From: Albugo candida
Lineage: Eukaryota
Reading direction: 5' to 3'
Assembly: GCA_040437565.1 (NCBI GenBank)
Contig: JBDOQK010000015.1
Coordinates: 248,001 to 312,000, forward strand
Length of the DNA: 64,000 nucleotides
The notes under the pieces were generated by a model. The model was not told the origin of the DNA. It saw only the letters and a list, made by a program, of their open reading frames with translations, and ran no database searches. Position 1 is the first letter of the stretch. The number at the start of each line of letters is the position of its first letter. The translations under genes and the position numbers were made by a program. This document shows positions 60,640 to 64,000 of the stretch, piece by piece.

Positions 60640-62136
60640 CTAAGCTACTCTTCGAAGAACTTGAAAATCGATCAATTCAAATCCGGCATTCGCATTATGC
60701 AACTGCTCTTCCAGAACTAGACGAAAGCTCTCAAAAAAAGGGAATCCGGTTTTAGGATCATGACCAGCACTTTTTACACATTCGTTGTTGGCAGGAACAC
60801 CCCAGAAATATTTGTCATTGTTCTCGACCTTTGTTGTTGTCAAACTAGATGTGATGTCAATGTCATATATGAATTGACCATTTTTTGACAAGCTTTTCTT
60901 GACACCTGGATTATATGCCAGCTGCAAAGACTGTCCATTTTTCTCATTCAAGAAAATAATCGCCATCGTGTTACGAGGAGAGTTGGGGAATTGTGCTCCG
61001 CAAGATGTTACCATGGGTTTCTTATTTCCAAACCACATGGTTTTACTCGGACTAGCTGGACAAAAGCACGGATTATTGATATCTCTGCCCATATGCAGTG
61101 TGAATTGACCATAATCGCGGTCAGCGACCCCATCAAAGCCCTGTTGACTGGAGTTTGGAATGTTAACTTTATCCTGTGTAAACATTTCGAATATGTCTAA
61201 CTCTCCTCGACGCGGCCAATCCTTTGAACCAAAGTGTTGGTCCATTACTGTGTTCAGCAACCATATATTTGTATCAGTCAATTCATTTCGTTTCCACTCT
61301 ACAAGCAGAATCTTTTCTCCACTCCAGCCTGCTTTAGATCTTATGGGCTGCTTCGAATTTTCAGCGTTTAAAGTGATACCAGACGCTGTGAACATCGATG
61401 CAGGTACTTTGGACTTGTCCGAGTATTCCCAATGGTCGGAATTATTCCACTTGAAATTTTCGGCNNNNNNNNNNNNNNNNNNNNNNNNNNNNNNNNNNNN
61501 NNNNNNNNNNNNNNNNNNNNNNNNNNNNNNNNNNNNNNNNNNNNNNNNNNNNNNNNNNNNNNNNGGAATTATTCCACTTGAAATTTTCGGCCAACCATCC
61601 TTGAAATACCCCATCGGTGAATTTCATCTGGCCTGCATTTGAGACTGTTTTAGCTGTCGGTGACGGTGCCAATGGCTGAGGATTCGAGTTTTTTTGAGCA
61701 ATGTCAGCTTTGTTGCCTCCCGGTTTACTTTGACAAGAAACCGGATCGGTGCACGATGATGACTTAGGAACCGACAAGGCTTCGGCTTGCAGTACACCTT
61801 TGCTTGCGCTTCTTCTCTTCTCCAAATCGTTGACTTCAGGTGACCTAACTTGCGATCCTTGTTTCGATCCAATCGGTGACGTAACTGGCGATCCTTCTTT
61901 CGACCCAATTGGCGACTAACAACGCACATATAAGATAAGTTCTCTATGATCATTTAGAAACAAATACTGACCTCATTGGACTGTGTCTTAATGCTCGAGG
62001 ATTTACCTATAGTGGTGCTGAGTGTTATGATGATGATAAGTGCAATCAACGTAGCCACAGCGGTCAAGACTGTTTTCTTTCTTTGCTTGAGGCTGCTCCT
62101 TAATTGAGACATACTGGATTTTCCATCCCACGCCAT
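60640..62136 (-). CDS. Type II membrane protein with a divergent glycoside hydrolase family 16 domain; 2 exons
   Basis: Exon 1 (62136-61972) encodes basic residues plus a TM helix. After intron 61971-61916 comes a Ser/Pro-rich linker, then IWLL...WPRRGELDIFE (GH16 ExDxxE motif, 61186-61218), FTLH and terminal FELIDFQV. A 27-bp duplicate flanks the gap at 61465-61564. Confidence 0.72.
61844..61915 (-). repeat. Two imperfect 36-nt tandem repeats encoding SPIGSKEGSPVT / SPIGSKQGSQVR in the GH16 linker
   Basis: Direct comparison of 61880-61915 with 61844-61879. Confidence 0.8.
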
Positions 62137-62965
62137 CTTATCCGTTTAGTTTCTGCGTAGCGTCAAGCAGAAATAATTTTGTTGAATACGCTTATATTCA
62201 GAATATAATGCCTCAGATCGTCTAAGGTGCAGTGAAGGGCGGAAGACAAGCAATGTGAGTAATCGGTATAGACAGTTAGACATGTGGCTGCACTAGGGCT
62301 AGAACAGAAACGTTGTAGGGAACATTGTCGGCTGTGCGGGTAGCGTAATACCCACGTGTTGTTGTGGTAAAGTAGTCGTAATTTCTGCACTCAGTGGTTG
62401 TTAACCCAATAGTAAAGTTTAAAGTAGTAGGTTTGAGGGTGTGGGTTAGTCCTATGCGTCATAATTCCAGCGCCTTGACCGGAATAAGAGTCATACATTT
62501 ACACATATTTCTGCTGTAAACCTACTAATCAAGTCCTGATCAGCAACTCTTCCACAATCTTATCAGATCTCAAGTTGTGGTATGCACTTGTAGTTGGCAT
62601 ATATTTTATAATCTTGCTATGTATAAAATATTGCCAAGAGATCGAGTGTACTTAGCGGGCAGGAATGCTTGCAAGCTGCTTGGAAAGAAGACGAGTAGTT
62701 ACACATCTATAGCAAGACTGATACGCATATCCTTCATGTTATCGGTACGTGCTTTTCGATAGAACGTGCTTCTGCATAGTGCGGCAATGTTGTACGATTA
62801 CAAGGAAGGAATGGTGAAAAATATAAAGCGGAAGCCCCAAATGTCTAAATCTAACTCGCAGCAAGGGTTTTATCCGATTGTGCACAGTCAATCAACTATC
62901 GACTAGTTCATACAGAGCTTGATTATTGGAAGGTCTCCTACGTAGAGATACGTCTACTCTTAAAG

Positions 62966-64000
62966 ATGAATTGCGTCGCTTCAACAGCGAATGTAAAAAG
63001 CGAGCATCTAGCTATTGGCAATAATAATGCAGAACTTCGACGTTCCCGACTAACCGAACGAGCTTTCTATGATGACGATAGCTTGATTCATGATCAATCT
63101 TGCAAATTCATCGGGACTATCGATGCAAGTATCCGGGTAGCAGCATCGTTGAATTCGACTATAGAGGACTTCTCAAAATTTACACGGCCATTTTCTTGGG
63201 GATATGGCTGCACCGATGGTGCACTGGGTCATGCGAAAACAAGCGTTATTGAGCCTTTGCGACTGGTCTCAGCCTTCCGCAGTATTGGTGTGAAGCAAGT
63301 AATTGCCGCTGATAGGCTCACACTTTTTCTCACATGTACGCAAAAGATTAGCTAATGTACTTGCTACAATTGTCATCCACATGGCTCTTTAGACCGCGAT
63401 GAGATATATCAGTGTGGTCGTCTGATTTCGTATGATAGTGTGTCAACCATACGCACACCGAGCAAGGTGGATTTCCCACAAAATGGAACAGCATCGATCA
63501 TTTCCATCCGAGCTGCTAACTGTGCATGCTATGCTCTCGACGGTATTCTTTTTCGCTACAGGAATTGTTAGTCTTGAATTATATTTTGTATACAGATTTG
63601 GGGAAGGTCTATGAATGGGGTTGCCTCCTTAAAGCAACATCTAGCTCTCAAGATAAGAGTACGCTAGCAGAAGGAACATCATATGGTCTCGAAATAGGTG
63701 AAGGCTTCTGTAAAAAGAAAAGTAAAAGATGTATGAAGTTTGTGCATCAAGCTCCCGCAATTGTTTCAAGTCTCTCGAATATCATGATCAAAAAGATCAG
63801 ACCCGGTAACGACTTTGTGATTGCTATCGACGATTCTGGAAATGCCTTTTCTTGGGGCCAGAATCGTTTCGGCCAGCTCGGTTTGGGGCACAAATGTGAC
63901 ACGAAACATCCAGAAAAAATTGTAGCAATCAAAGCAATGTTCGTTGTAGATGTTGAAGCCAATTACAATCACGTTCTGGCGATTTTGGGTTAGACCTCCT
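62966..64000 (+). CDS. RCC1/BLIP-II repeat protein, multi-exon, 3' end probably beyond the window
   Basis: PFSWGYG..GALGH, GKVYEWG and AIDDSGNAFSWGQNRFGQLGLGH are RCC1 repeats. The last in-frame TAG falls within a likely intron donor (gg|gttaga). Confidence 0.8.

Overview
This is gene-dense eukaryotic DNA with short (about 45-80 nt) spliceosomal introns and ten 100-N scaffold gaps. The gene content, including a START-like+FYVE protein and several flagellar genes, suggests a zoospore-forming oomycete, possibly Albugo-like (inference). About 23 protein-coding genes are supported. In order, they encode: a roughly 4,700-aa axonemal-type dynein heavy chain; a CSRNP-N-like protein; a 4-exon mitochondrial-type ribosomal protein L33 missed by the ORF track; a MAPKKK; a TEX49/SPMIP11-like protein; a TTBK/CK1 kinase; ORC2; a THH1/TOM1-type 7TM protein; a small oleosin-like hairpin protein; GPI8/PIG-K; RPC1; an atypical CDK; a TMEM160-like protein; a TPT-family transporter; a glycogenin-like GT8; a START-like+FYVE protein; an IQ/EF-hand coiled-coil protein; COG8; a gp78-like RING-CUE E3 ligase; DGAT2; a membrane-anchored GH16-like protein; and a partial RCC1-repeat protein. 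Eight of the ten gaps are flanked by duplicated contig ends, which are assembly artefacts rather than real duplications. The most notable signal is the dynein. Its primary AAA1 Walker A and B motifs are degenerate while the AAA2 and AAA3 P-loops remain, and three short introns can splice a CCDC81-type HU-like module onto its N-terminus, suggesting a non-motile scaffold or cargo-linked pseudo-dynein. I recognised no rRNA, tRNA, CRISPR array or intact transposon. All family assignments come from motif recognition by eye, not database searches.
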